A stretch of 64,000 nt of DNA from a bacterium (GTDB lineage Bacteria; Patescibacteriota; Dojkabacteria; JAKAPS01; JAJZLI01). Below the pieces are notes generated by a model that saw only the letters and a program-made list of their open reading frames with translations, was not told the DNA's origin and did no database searches. This document shows, one piece after another, positions 63,956-64,000 of the stretch. Numbering within the stretch: position 1 is the stretch's first letter; every line of letters starts with the position of its first letter. A program made the position numbers and the translations under genes. Where the stretch lies: assembly GCA_021791275.1 (NCBI GenBank), contig JAJYWX010000007.1, positions 4,918-68,917 of the forward strand, written 5' to 3'.

Positions 63956-64000
63956 ATGGGTTAATGGTTTTTAGCTTGCATCAGTCCTTTCCGCTCTGAA

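Noticed and set aside
63750-64000. c-di-AMP (ydaO) riboswitch upstream of the Rpf-like gene
   Set aside because: I could not find the conserved ydaO sequence elements.

Overview
Very AT-rich bacterial chromosome segment using genetic code 11. The compact, overlapping genes, short AlaRS, many apparently leaderless starts and orphan membrane/secreted proteins fit a Patescibacteria (CPR) genome; this taxonomy is inferred. Contents in order: typA 3' end and a sugar cluster (GH1, PHP, GtrA, TreS-like GH13); RRM and DEAD-box genes; a tetrathionate-hydrolase-like beta-propeller; a decayed island next to tRNA-Asn (duplicated yggT pseudogene, VapBC, DUF5680, Phd/Doc-like pair, truncated DUF3800 plus a structured RNA); histidine kinases (one frameshifted); iscS, tRNA-Cys, alaS-ruvX-mltG, holA, rnhA, rpsT-lepA, pcrA, guaB-like; and a full Suf Fe-S cluster with two copies of a 25-bp Rrf2-type operator. 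The most notable region is a ~15 kb locus (44.8-60.2 kb). It has three paired 'WxL/Csu-like subunit + DUF916-like partner' genes next to a divergent F1-type ATPase (b-like, delta, alpha, gamma, beta, short epsilon) with no recognisable subunit a or c. The ATPase genes are bracketed by two paralogous exported proteins ending in a c-subunit-like 'SRNPL' helical hairpin that lacks the ion-binding carboxylate. This is a candidate ATP-driven, non-ion-pumping machine linked to a surface fibre. All family calls come from motif recognition, not database searches.
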